DNA of 38,423 nt, from NCBI GenBank assembly GCA_964536645.1, contig CAZHYD010000001.1:1-38423 (forward strand), written 5' to 3'. This DNA is from an uncultured Ruminococcus sp. (GTDB lineage: Bacteria > Bacillota > Clostridia > Oscillospirales > Acutalibacteraceae). Positions 28,965 through 36,059 of this stretch are shown piece after piece. How positions within the stretch are numbered: the first letter of the stretch is position 1; every line of letters starts with the position of its first letter. The notes under the pieces were generated by a model. That model ran no database searches and was not told where the DNA came from. It saw only the letters and a list, made by a program, of their open reading frames with translations. The position numbers and the translations under genes were made by a program.

Positions 28965-29369
28965 TTAGTGACAACCGCCGCAGCTTGAGCAGGAGCCTGT
29001 GCAGGCAACCTCTGTAGAACAGGTATCAGGGTCTTCGCCGTCAAGCGATTTTGAAATAACGGTGTTAATTTCGTTTACAAGAGTGTCGAGCTCTGCCTTG
29101 GCGGTGTTGTACTCAACCATAACAGCACTGGACATAATCTCCCCGTAAACCGAGCGCAGCTTTTCGTTAAGCTCCTTTACCTTGTCGTCGTTTCTCTCGT
29201 CAGCGGTAAGCTCGCGGTCAAGCTCCATACGAACGATGTTAAACTCGCCTATTTTAGCCTGAAGCTCGGTGTCGTTGTCATTATTTAACTTGGCTTTAGC
29301 GTAACGGATAAATCTTTCATCCTGCTGAATAGCCTTGCCAAGTTCTCTTGCTTTAAGTATTGCGTCCAT
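28965..29369 (-). CDS. YlbF/YmcA (RicA/RicF)-family protein with a Cys-rich C-terminal tail
   Basis: 134 aa helical protein (ILKARELGKAIQQDERFIRY...) in the slot between miaB and mutS that ymcA occupies in Bacillus. The tail reads C-x5-C-x3-C-x2-C-x2-C-H (CSTEVACTGSCSSCGGCH). Confidence 0.6.
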   Translation of the reverse strand: MDAILKARELGKAIQQDERFIRYAKAKLNNDNDTELQAKIGEFNIVRMELDRELTADERNDDKVKELNEKLRSVYGEIMSSAVMVEYNTAKAELDTLVNEINTVISKSLDGEDPDTCSTEVACTGSCSSCGGCH

Positions 29370-29390
29370 TTTAAATTACTCCTTTTAGTT

Positions 29391-30794
29391 TTAAATTATC
29401 GTTCCCTCAAGAACGCCGTTATATGAATTTACTTTAACCTCTACAAAACTTCCGATAAGGCTTTTGTCGCCCTTAAACTCGACAACGGCCGTGCCTGAGG
29501 TGTGTCCCGTAAGCCAACCCTCACGCGAGGACTGCCCGTCACAAATAACGCGGTAAGTTTTGCCGATATAGTTTTTTATATTTTCATCAGCAATTTTTTC
29601 CTGAAGCCGCAGCAGCTCGTCAAACCAGCGGCCTTTTTCCTCGCGGGTGATAAAATCATCCATCATAGCCGCGGGGGTATTGTTTCGCGGCGAATAAATA
29701 AAGGTGAAAAGTGAAGAAAACTTAACCTCTTCAACAAGGCTCAAGGTTTCCTTAAAATCTTCGTAAGTTTCCCCTGGGAAGCCTACGATTATGTCACTGG
29801 TCAGTGAAAGGTCGGGTATTCTTGCCTTGGCTTCTTTTATAAGATTAAGATACGCCTCGCGGTCGTAGTAGCGGTTCATAAGCTTTAAAATCCTGCTGCT
29901 TCCGCTCTGGAAAGGCAGGTGCAAATGACGGCTTATCTTTTCGCAGTCCCTTATCGTGTCAAGTAGCTCTATCGTGCAGTCTTTCGGGTGGGAGGTCATA
30001 AACCTTATTCTGAAATCACCCTCAAGGTCGTTTATCATACGAAGAAGCTTTGCAAAGGTAATTCCGTGGTCGCAGCCCTTTCCGTAAGAATTAACGTTTT
30101 GACCCAAAAGGGTTATTTCTTTGTAGCCTGCCGCTATCATCTGCTTTGCTTCTTCAATAATTTTTTCGGGCTCGCGCGAGCGCTCACGGCCGCGCACGTA
30201 AGGCACAATGCAATAGGTGCAAAAATTGTTGCAGCCATACATTATCGGCAACCAACCCTTAAAATCGCCGTCGCGGTTTACGGGAATATCCTCAATTATC
30301 GGGTCATTGTCGAGTGTTAACTCAAAAATACGTCTGCTACCGCTTATGCGCTTGTAAACGAATTCGGGAAGCCTGTGAAATACCTGCGTTCCGAAAACAA
30401 GGTCAATATAAGGGTAACTTTTTTTAATCTTGTCGGCAACGGTCTGCTGCTGCGCCATACAACCGCAAACTGCGGCAATAAGCTTGGGTTTGTTCTTCTT
30501 AAGCGCCTTTACTTTCCCTATGTTTCCGTAAACCCTGTCCTCCGCGTGACCTCTTACAGCGCAGGTGTTGAATATAATAAAATCGGCCTCTTCCTCGTTT
30601 TCGGTGAAAGAGTATCCCATAGCCGAAAGCATACCTTTAAGCTTTTCGGAATCACTTACGTTTTGCTGGCAGCCAAAGGTTACTACCATAGCCTTAGGCG
30701 CATAACCGTAATAGTCAATTATTTTATTTTTAACGCGGTCGGCATAAACCGACTGCTCGTTCAAATACGGTTCAAAAGAGCCTTTGTTTTGCAA
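29391..30794 (-). CDS. miaB: tRNA-2-methylthio-N6-dimethylallyladenosine synthase (radical SAM methylthiotransferase)
   Basis: 467 aa with MTTase N-domain (VVTFGCQQNVSDSE), radical-SAM CNNFCTYCIVP and a C-terminal TRAM domain. TTG start with a GGGGAG SD. Confidence 0.88.
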   Translation of the reverse strand: MQNKGSFEPYLNEQSVYADRVKNKIIDYYGYAPKAMVVTFGCQQNVSDSEKLKGMLSAMGYSFTENEEEADFIIFNTCAVRGHAEDRVYGNIGKVKALKKNKPKLIAAVCGCMAQQQTVADKIKKSYPYIDLVFGTQVFHRLPEFVYKRISGSRRIFELTLDNDPIIEDIPVNRDGDFKGWLPIMYGCNNFCTYCIVPYVRGRERSREPEKIIEEAKQMIAAGYKEITLLGQNVNSYGKGCDHGITFAKLLRMINDLEGDFRIRFMTSHPKDCTIELLDTIRDCEKISRHLHLPFQSGSSRILKLMNRYYDREAYLNLIKEAKARIPDLSLTSDIIVGFPGETYEDFKETLSLVEEVKFSSLFTFIYSPRNNTPAAMMDDFITREEKGRWFDELLRLQEKIADENIKNYIGKTYRVICDGQSSREGWLTGHTSGTAVVEFKGDKSLIGSFVEVKVNSYNGVLEGTII

Positions 30795-30824
30795 AGCCTA
30801 CTCCCCTTTTTAAATAATCAATTT

Positions 30825-30853
30825 ATTTTATCATAATAAATCATTTTTTTCAA
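30825..30853 (-). promoter_or_regulatory. Candidate promoter of the miaB-led gene array
   Basis: Minus strand reads TTGAAA (30853-30848), 17 nt, TAAAAT (30830-30825), preceded by TGa (extended -10). Confidence 0.45.
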
Positions 30854-30910
30854 GCAACTAAATAGCTGTTTTAAAAATTTTTTATAAATATTAAGACGCT
30901 TAAAAAAGAC

Positions 30911-30939
30911 TTGACAAAAAAGACTTAATAATATATCAT
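30911..30939 (+). promoter_or_regulatory. Promoter of tRNA-Leu
   Basis: TTGACA (30911-30916), 17 nt, TATCAT (30934-30939). The tRNA 5' end lies 10 nt downstream. Confidence 0.5.
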
Positions 30940-30948
30940 TTATTTTAC

Positions 30949-31035
30949 GCCGATGTGGTGGAATAGGCAGACACAAGGGACTTAAAATCCCTCGGTAGCA
31001 ATATCGTACCGGTTCAAGTCCGGTCATCGGCACCA
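30949..31035 (+). tRNA. tRNA-Leu (anticodon UAA), type II with long variable arm and encoded CCA
   Basis: Hand-folded. Acceptor GCCGATG/CATCGGC, anticodon stem AGGGA/TCCCT with loop CTTAAAA (anticodon TAA), variable arm GGTA-GCAA-TATC, T-arm ACCGG-TTCAAGT-CCGGT, discriminator A plus CCA. Confidence 0.93.
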
Positions 31036-31043
31036 AAGCATTC

Positions 31044-31094
31044 AAACCCGAACCTTTTACCAATCGGTGAAACGTTCGGGTTTGTTGTTTTCTT
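31044..31094 (+). terminator. Rho-independent terminator after tRNA-Leu
   Basis: AAACCCGAAC (31044-31053) pairs with GTTCGGGTTT (31074-31083). The inner arm TTTTACC/GGTGAAA closes on loop AATC, with one C.C mismatch and one G.U pair. It is followed by GTTGTTTTCTT. Confidence 0.6.
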
Positions 31095-31195
31095 GAAAGA
31101 TGTTAAATAGCTTTTGTTTGTGGTAGTATAGAGTGATTTCCTCTGTACTGCCACTTCTTCGTTTCAATTAATTTCAGACATAAAGGAGATTTGAA

Positions 31196-31432
31196 GTGAA
31201 GACAACAAAAACAAGAATTATTTTCTTAGCCACAGCACTTACATATAATTTAATATTGGGATTTTACTTGAGAGACTTTCTTGTTCCCTCTCCCATCCTA
31301 CAGGTATTTTATCTACTATCAGCTTTACCGCCTTTGTTTTTAACGGTTACAATAATAATTTCTTTACTGTTGTCTGTCGGAAAGTATTTGTTCACCTTGG
31401 CAGTATCTGTAATTATACAATCCATCGTTTGA
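31196..31432 (+). CDS. Hypothetical small hydrophobic protein (78 aa); may be spurious
   Basis: GTG start preceded by AAAGGAG with a 7 nt spacer. Predicted 2-3 TM segments. The last 124 nt run antisense to the deoR 3' end, which argues against it. No homology could be assessed. Confidence 0.2.
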   Translation: MKTTKTRIIFLATALTYNLILGFYLRDFLVPSPILQVFYLLSALPPLFLTVTIIISLLLSVGKYLFTLAVSVIIQSIV

Positions 31433-32097
31433 ATAGGAACCAAATTATAAGGTGTAGACAGTGAGAATTTTGTTTCATCGCATAGGAAAACCGTTTTTTT
31501 AGATTGGCTTATAGCTACCTTGCGAATTTGTGTTTCGGGTAAAGACGGGTCGGTAAGCATACCCTTTTCAGTTACTCCGTGGCAAGAAAAAAACAAAATA
31601 TCAATATTAAATCTTTGAATAAAATCTTCAGCAAAGCTTCCGAAGTGAGCCAACGAGCTTTCGAATATCTCACCGCCTGTACAATATGTCTTTATACCTT
31701 TTTTAACCAATAACGTAGCGAGAGGTATTCCGTTTGTAATAACGGTGATTCCCTTTTTTTCGCTCAGAAAATCTGCCATCTGCAAAGTTGTAGTGGAGGA
31801 ATCGATGAAAATAATATCATTATCATTTACCAGATCGGCTGCACGGCGGCAAAGGGCCCGTTTTTCGTTTGCGTTAACGGTTTTTCTAAAATTTAACGGT
31901 GTAACAATATGCTCGGCGTGAATCTTCTTAGCTCCACCGTGACTCCTGATAATTTGATTTCTTCGAGCAAGCTCCGCAAGGTCACGACGGACGGTTGGCA
32001 GGCTTACATAAAGCATTTTACTGAGCTTTGCTGCAGAGATATATTGCTCCTCCTCCAAAATATCAAGAATTTTATCATACCGTTCTTCTTTTAACAT
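31309..32097 (-). CDS. DeoR/GlpR-family transcriptional repressor
   Basis: The N-terminal wHTH reads MLKEERYDKILDILEEEQYISAAKLSKMLYVSLPTVRRDLAEL, and the C-terminal half is a DeoR sugar-phosphate sensor domain. I chose the start at 32097 (GGGAGG SD) over the ORF-track start at 32148. Confidence 0.85.
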   Translation of the reverse strand: MLKEERYDKILDILEEEQYISAAKLSKMLYVSLPTVRRDLAELARRNQIIRSHGGAKKIHAEHIVTPLNFRKTVNANEKRALCRRAADLVNDNDIIFIDSSTTTLQMADFLSEKKGITVITNGIPLATLLVKKGIKTYCTGGEIFESSLAHFGSFAEDFIQRFNIDILFFSCHGVTEKGMLTDPSLPETQIRKVAISQSKKTVFLCDETKFSLSTPYNLVPIQTMDCIITDTAKVNKYFPTDNSKEIIIVTVKNKGGKADSR

Positions 32098-32150
32098 AAA
32101 ACAGCCTCCCTTTGAGCGTTTTTGATTAATTATCGACTTTTTAGCCACTC

Positions 32151-32206
32151 ATTGACAATCATTTTTGACCGTTTTATTATAATGCGTATGAGTATAGATT
32201 GTCAAT
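32151..32206. promoter_or_regulatory. Overlapping divergent promoters for deoR (-) and the glp-like operon (+), and a possible operator
   Basis: Plus strand: TTGACA (32152-32157), 17 nt, TATTAT (32175-32180). Minus strand: TTGACA (32205-32200), 18 nt, TATAAT (32181-32176). The two -35 boxes sit in a perfect 9-nt inverted repeat, ATTGACAAT (32151-32159) and ATTGTCAAT (32198-32206). Confidence 0.45.
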
Positions 32207-32221
32207 AAGGGGACGGAATAT

Positions 32222-33658
32222 ATGTATGATATTGCAATAATAGGTGCAGGAGTCGTAGGCGGTATGACCGCTCGTGCACTTTCAAAATACAATCTTAAAG
32301 TTTGTATTCTTGAAAAAGAAAACGATGTTGCCATGGGTGCCACAAAGGCAAACTCGGCAATTGTTCATGCGGGTTTTGACGCAAAAGAAGGAAGCCTTAA
32401 AGCAAAATTAAATGTTCAGGGCTCTAAAATGATGAAATCCGTTTGTGAAGAGCTTGGCGTTAAGTATAAAAATAACGGTTCCTTAGTCATAGGCTTTAAT
32501 GATGAGGATAGAGCAACCATCAACGCCCTTTTAGAAAGAGGATTTTCCAACGGTGTTGATGGATTAAAGATTATAGAAAAAGAAGAGCTAAAGCGCCTAG
32601 AACCAAACATATCCGATAAAGCTGTTTGTGCATTACTTGCGCCCACAGGAGCCATTGTATGCCCTTACGATTTAACTATTGCAGCGATTGGAAACGCCAT
32701 GGATAACGGTGTAGAATTAAAATGCAATTTTGATGTTTGCGGTATAGAAAAACAAAAAAACGGATACAAAATTTCATCTCAAAATGATTGTGTGGAAGCC
32801 CGTTTCGTAATCAACTGTGCAGGTCTTTATTCCGATGAAATTGCAAAGATGATTGGAGATAATTCCTTTGAAGTACATTCAAGAAGGGGTGAATATATCC
32901 TACTTGATAAGGAATGTGGAAATTTTGTATCACATACTATTTTCAGAACTCCCTCAAAAATGGGAAAAGGAATCTTAATAACACCTACCGTTGACGGAAA
33001 TTTACTTATGGGACCAACTTCCGTTGATATGCAAAACAAAGAAAACAAAAACACCACGGAAGAGGGTTTTGCAGAAATTATAAGTAAGGCTCAGGAAAAC
33101 ATCAGCACGGTTCCCATTGGAAAAACCATCACCTCGTTCTGCGGTCTGAGAGCGGTAGGAAGCACGGGAGATTTTATAATAAACGCATCTGAAAAGGGCT
33201 TCATAAATGTGGCAGGAATAGAGTCGCCCGGACTTTCCGCCTCTCCTGCAATAGCGGAATATGTTGTGAATATCATGAAACAACAGGGATTAAATTTAGC
33301 AGAAAACCCAAATTATAATCCCATCAGAAAATCTATGCACGCTTTTTATGAGGCTTCGATAGAAGAGAAAAATAAAATGATTAAAAACAATCCTGCTTAC
33401 GGCAGAATTGTTTGCAGATGCGAAAGTATTACCGAGGGTGAAATTGTGGATGCAATTTGCCGCAACCCGAAGGCCACAGATTTGGACGGTATAAAACGCA
33501 GGACACGTGCCCAGATGGGACGTTGTCAGGGAGGCTTTTGCAGCCCGTATATAACCGAGCTTTTGGCAAGAGAGCTTAACGTTCCTTACGAGAAAATAAC
33601 AAAATTCGGTGGTAAATCTATAATAAACATCGGAATAACCAAAGGAGAGCAGGAATAA
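32222..33658 (+). CDS. FAD-dependent oxidoreductase, GlpA-like (anaerobic glycerol-3-phosphate dehydrogenase type) with a C-terminal BFD-like [2Fe-2S] domain
   Basis: 478 aa. DIAIIGAGVVGGMTARAL dinucleotide fold, DAO-family body, and a C-terminal CRCESITEGEI...RRTRAQMGRCQGGFC. Confidence 0.78.
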   Translation: MYDIAIIGAGVVGGMTARALSKYNLKVCILEKENDVAMGATKANSAIVHAGFDAKEGSLKAKLNVQGSKMMKSVCEELGVKYKNNGSLVIGFNDEDRATINALLERGFSNGVDGLKIIEKEELKRLEPNISDKAVCALLAPTGAIVCPYDLTIAAIGNAMDNGVELKCNFDVCGIEKQKNGYKISSQNDCVEARFVINCAGLYSDEIAKMIGDNSFEVHSRRGEYILLDKECGNFVSHTIFRTPSKMGKGILITPTVDGNLLMGPTSVDMQNKENKNTTEEGFAEIISKAQENISTVPIGKTITSFCGLRAVGSTGDFIINASEKGFINVAGIESPGLSASPAIAEYVVNIMKQQGLNLAENPNYNPIRKSMHAFYEASIEEKNKMIKNNPAYGRIVCRCESITEGEIVDAICRNPKATDLDGIKRRTRAQMGRCQGGFCSPYITELLARELNVPYEKITKFGGKSIINIGITKGEQE

Positions 33659-34893
33659 TGAGGGATTTAGTCATCATTGGCGGAGGACCTGCCGGAATGA
33701 GTGCTGCTATTGCGGCTTATGAGAGCGGAATCAGGGATATTCTTATACTTGAACGCGACAAACATCTCGGAGGCATTTTGCAACAATGTATACATAACGG
33801 ATTTGGGCTTCATAAATTCGGCGAAGAATTAACCGGACCTGAATATGCATGGAAATATGAAAAAAAGGTAAGAGAATTAGGTATTGAATTTAAACTCAAT
33901 ACTATGGTACTCGATTTATCCGGCGATAAAATTATTACAGCAACCAATTCCGAGGATGGCATTTTCAAAATCGAGGCTAAGGCCGTTATTCTTGCTATGG
34001 GCTGCCGTGAGCGCTCAAAGGGCGCGTTAAACATTGCGGGAAGCCGTCCTGCAGGAATATACAGTGCGGGAACTGCGCAAAAATTTGTTAATATGAAGGG
34101 ATATCTGCCAGGCAAAAATATTGTTATTTTGGGCAGTGGCGATATCGGGCTTATTATGGCAAGAAGAATGACCTTAGAGGGCGCAAAGGTTCACGCAGTA
34201 TGTGAATTGATGCCTTATTCGGGCGGTCTTGCACGAAACATTGAACAATGTCTTAATGATTTTAATATTCCCTTAAAGCTTAGTCATACCGTTGTGGAAA
34301 TTCACGGCAAAGACAGACTCGAGGGGGTAACCATTGCACAGGTTGATGAAAGAAGAAAACCAATTGTCGAAACACGGGAATATATTCCTTGCGATACGCT
34401 TCTTTTATCGGTGGGACTTATCCCCGAAAACGAGCTTTCAATAGGGGCTAAGGTAAATATCAGCAGCACAACTAACGGGGCTGTTGTTGACCAAGACAGA
34501 CAAACCTCAATAGAGGGAATTTTCGCTTGCGGAAACGTTTTGCATGTCCACGATTTAGTGGATTTTGTTTCTGAAGAATCGGAAATTGCCGGCAAAGCGG
34601 CCGCTGAATATATCAAAGGATGCCAAAATGAGAATCTTACGGTTACGATCAAAACGGACGGCAAAATAAGATACACCGTTCCCCAAATAATAACAAAGAA
34701 AAAGGACGTAACGGTATATTTCAGAGTAAGTGACGTTTACAAAAATGTGAAAATTAACGTAACCTCAGGTGATACGGTTGTTCTTTCCCGAAAAAGACCT
34801 AAGGTTGCCCCGGGTGAGATGGAGTCTATAGAATTAAAGAGTGAGCAGATAAAAAATGTAAAAGAATTATGTTTTTCTTTGGAGGTGCTGTAA
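33658..34893 (+). CDS. NAD(P)/FAD-dependent pyridine-nucleotide-disulfide-family oxidoreductase
   Basis: 411 aa with two Rossmann motifs (LVIIGGGPAGMSAA and IVILGSGDIGLIMA) and GIFACGNV. The ATG overlaps the upstream stop (ATAATGA). Confidence 0.75.
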   Translation: MRDLVIIGGGPAGMSAAIAAYESGIRDILILERDKHLGGILQQCIHNGFGLHKFGEELTGPEYAWKYEKKVRELGIEFKLNTMVLDLSGDKIITATNSEDGIFKIEAKAVILAMGCRERSKGALNIAGSRPAGIYSAGTAQKFVNMKGYLPGKNIVILGSGDIGLIMARRMTLEGAKVHAVCELMPYSGGLARNIEQCLNDFNIPLKLSHTVVEIHGKDRLEGVTIAQVDERRKPIVETREYIPCDTLLLSVGLIPENELSIGAKVNISSTTNGAVVDQDRQTSIEGIFACGNVLHVHDLVDFVSEESEIAGKAAAEYIKGCQNENLTVTIKTDGKIRYTVPQIITKKKDVTVYFRVSDVYKNVKINVTSGDTVVLSRKRPKVAPGEMESIELKSEQIKNVKELCFSLEVL

Positions 34894-34894
34894 G

Positions 34895-35242
34895 ATGGAA
34901 AGAAAACTTACCTGTATCATATGTCCGTTAGGATGTGAGCTTGCAGTTCAAATTGAGGATAAAAAAGTTTTTGCGGTAACGGGAAACACCTGCCCCAGAG
35001 GGAAAATATATGCCGAAAACGAATGTATAAATCCACAAAGAACCGTTACTTCAACCTTGAGATGTGATGATGGAGGTCTGGTTTCGGTTAAAACCAGCAC
35101 AACTATTCCAAAAGAGAAAATAGCGGAATGTATGGAGCTTATCAATAATGCTACGGCAAGGCTCCCTATAGCCGTTGGCGATGTTATTATTGAAGATGCG
35201 TTTGGCAGCAAAGTGGTAGCCACGCAGAATAGAAGTTTATAA
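34895..35242 (+). CDS. DUF1667-family small Cys-rich protein
   Basis: 115 aa. LTCIICPLGCEL...GNTCPRG matches my recollection of DUF1667, which usually follows the two oxidoreductases above. Confidence 0.7.
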   Translation: MERKLTCIICPLGCELAVQIEDKKVFAVTGNTCPRGKIYAENECINPQRTVTSTLRCDDGGLVSVKTSTTIPKEKIAECMELINNATARLPIAVGDVIIEDAFGSKVVATQNRSL

Positions 35243-35299
35243 GTTATAACACATACGATTATCTTCCCTTTTCACCCTATTGCGAATAGCGCCCCGACC

Positions 35300-35335
35300 A
35301 AACCCCGAAACTACGGTTTCGGGGTTTAATTTTTG
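35300..35335 (+). terminator. Rho-independent terminator of the glp-like operon
   Basis: AAACCCCGAAAC (35300-35311), TACG loop, GTTTCGGGGTTT (35316-35327), then AATTTTTGC. Confidence 0.78.
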
Positions 35336-35376
35336 CTTCTTGACTCTCGCGCGTGCGCGTTAAAATAAAAAACATA

Positions 35377-35405
35377 TTGAAACTTTAGTAAAATTATGGT
35401 ATACT
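35377..35405 (+). promoter_or_regulatory. Promoter of the V-type ATPase operon
   Basis: TTGAAA (35377-35382), 17 nt, TATACT (35400-35405), with TGg immediately upstream (extended -10). The ATG at 35449 has an AAAGGAGAGG SD. Confidence 0.5.
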
Positions 35406-35448
35406 AACAGCAAGTATGTGTTCAGAATTTCAAAAAGGAGAGGACCTT

Positions 35449-36054
35449 ATGGAAATACAATTACAAGAACTCATTGACCAGATTAAAAAAGACGGTGTCG
35501 AGGTGGCTGAAAGCGAAGCCAAATCGATAGTTGACTCTGCCAAAGCAGAGGCCGAAAAGATTATTGCCGATGCAAAAGCAGAAGCACAAAAACTTTTGGT
35601 CAACGCTAAATCCGAAAACGAGCGAATGGTGAGCTCAAGTGAGGATGCTATAAAGCAAGCAGGCAGAAACCTGCTCATATCTTTCAGAGAAAGCGTTTCA
35701 AGGGAACTTAAAGCCGTTGTAAACGAAAACGTTTCAGGGGTTTATTCGTCCGATGCTTTTGCAAAGCTTATTGTAAACGTTGTTGAATGTTGGGCAGCCA
35801 AGCCCGATGCCGAAGAAATATCGGTTATTTTAAACACATCTGATTTAAAGGCGCTCGAAGAAACCGCACTTGCGGCTCTTAATAGTAAATTGACAGGCGG
35901 TGTTACGCTTAAAGCGAACGATAATTTTGACGGCGGTTTCCGTATCGCCGTAAATAACGGTACCGCATATTACGATTACTCTGCCGAGTCGGTGGTAGAT
36001 ATGCTTTCAAACTACCTCAGCCCCAAAGTTACCGAGCTTTTGAAAGAGGCGTAA
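35449..36054 (+). CDS. V-type ATP synthase subunit E
   Basis: 201 aa. MEIQLQELIDQIKKDGVEVAESEAKSIVDSAKAEAEKIIADAKAEAQKLL is the typical Ala/Glu/Lys-rich helical stalk N-terminus. First gene of the V-ATPase operon. Start chosen at 35449 for its SD. Confidence 0.72.
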   Translation: MEIQLQELIDQIKKDGVEVAESEAKSIVDSAKAEAEKIIADAKAEAQKLLVNAKSENERMVSSSEDAIKQAGRNLLISFRESVSRELKAVVNENVSGVYSSDAFAKLIVNVVECWAAKPDAEEISVILNTSDLKALEETALAALNSKLTGGVTLKANDNFDGGFRIAVNNGTAYYDYSAESVVDMLSNYLSPKVTELLKEA

Positions 36055-36059
36055 GTATT

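Noticed and set aside
30818-31063. 81-aa minus-strand ORF spanning the miaB upstream region.
   Set aside because: It runs straight through the tRNA-Leu gene and its promoter on the opposite strand. The tRNA fold is unambiguous, so the ORF is spurious.
32149-32343. 64-aa minus-strand ORF, and the ORF-track N-terminal extensions of deoR (32148), murA (2482), the PBP gene (9564) and V-ATPase E (35416).
   Set aside because: The extensions lack SD sequences. Internal starts at 32097, 2461, 9528 and 35449 each have strong GGAGG-type sites at correct spacing and give family-typical N-termini. The 64-aa ORF covers the promoter region and the glpA-like 5' end.
35243-35340. Searched by eye for a direct repeat of the tRNA-Leu 3' end (GGTTCAAGTCCGGTCATCGGCACCA) that would mark an att site at the far side of the glp-like cluster.
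   Set aside because: No convincing match. The only resemblance is AAACCCGAA-type terminator stems at 31044 and 35300, which is generic. There is therefore no evidence for an integrative element.
35348-35360. 13-nt perfectly alternating pyrimidine-purine tract (CGCGCGTGCGCGT) in an otherwise AT-rich intergenic region, with possible Z-DNA or operator potential.
   Set aside because: It is too short, occurs once, and lies upstream of the -35 box of the V-ATPase promoter. No partner repeat or known motif was recognised. Noted only as a compositional oddity.
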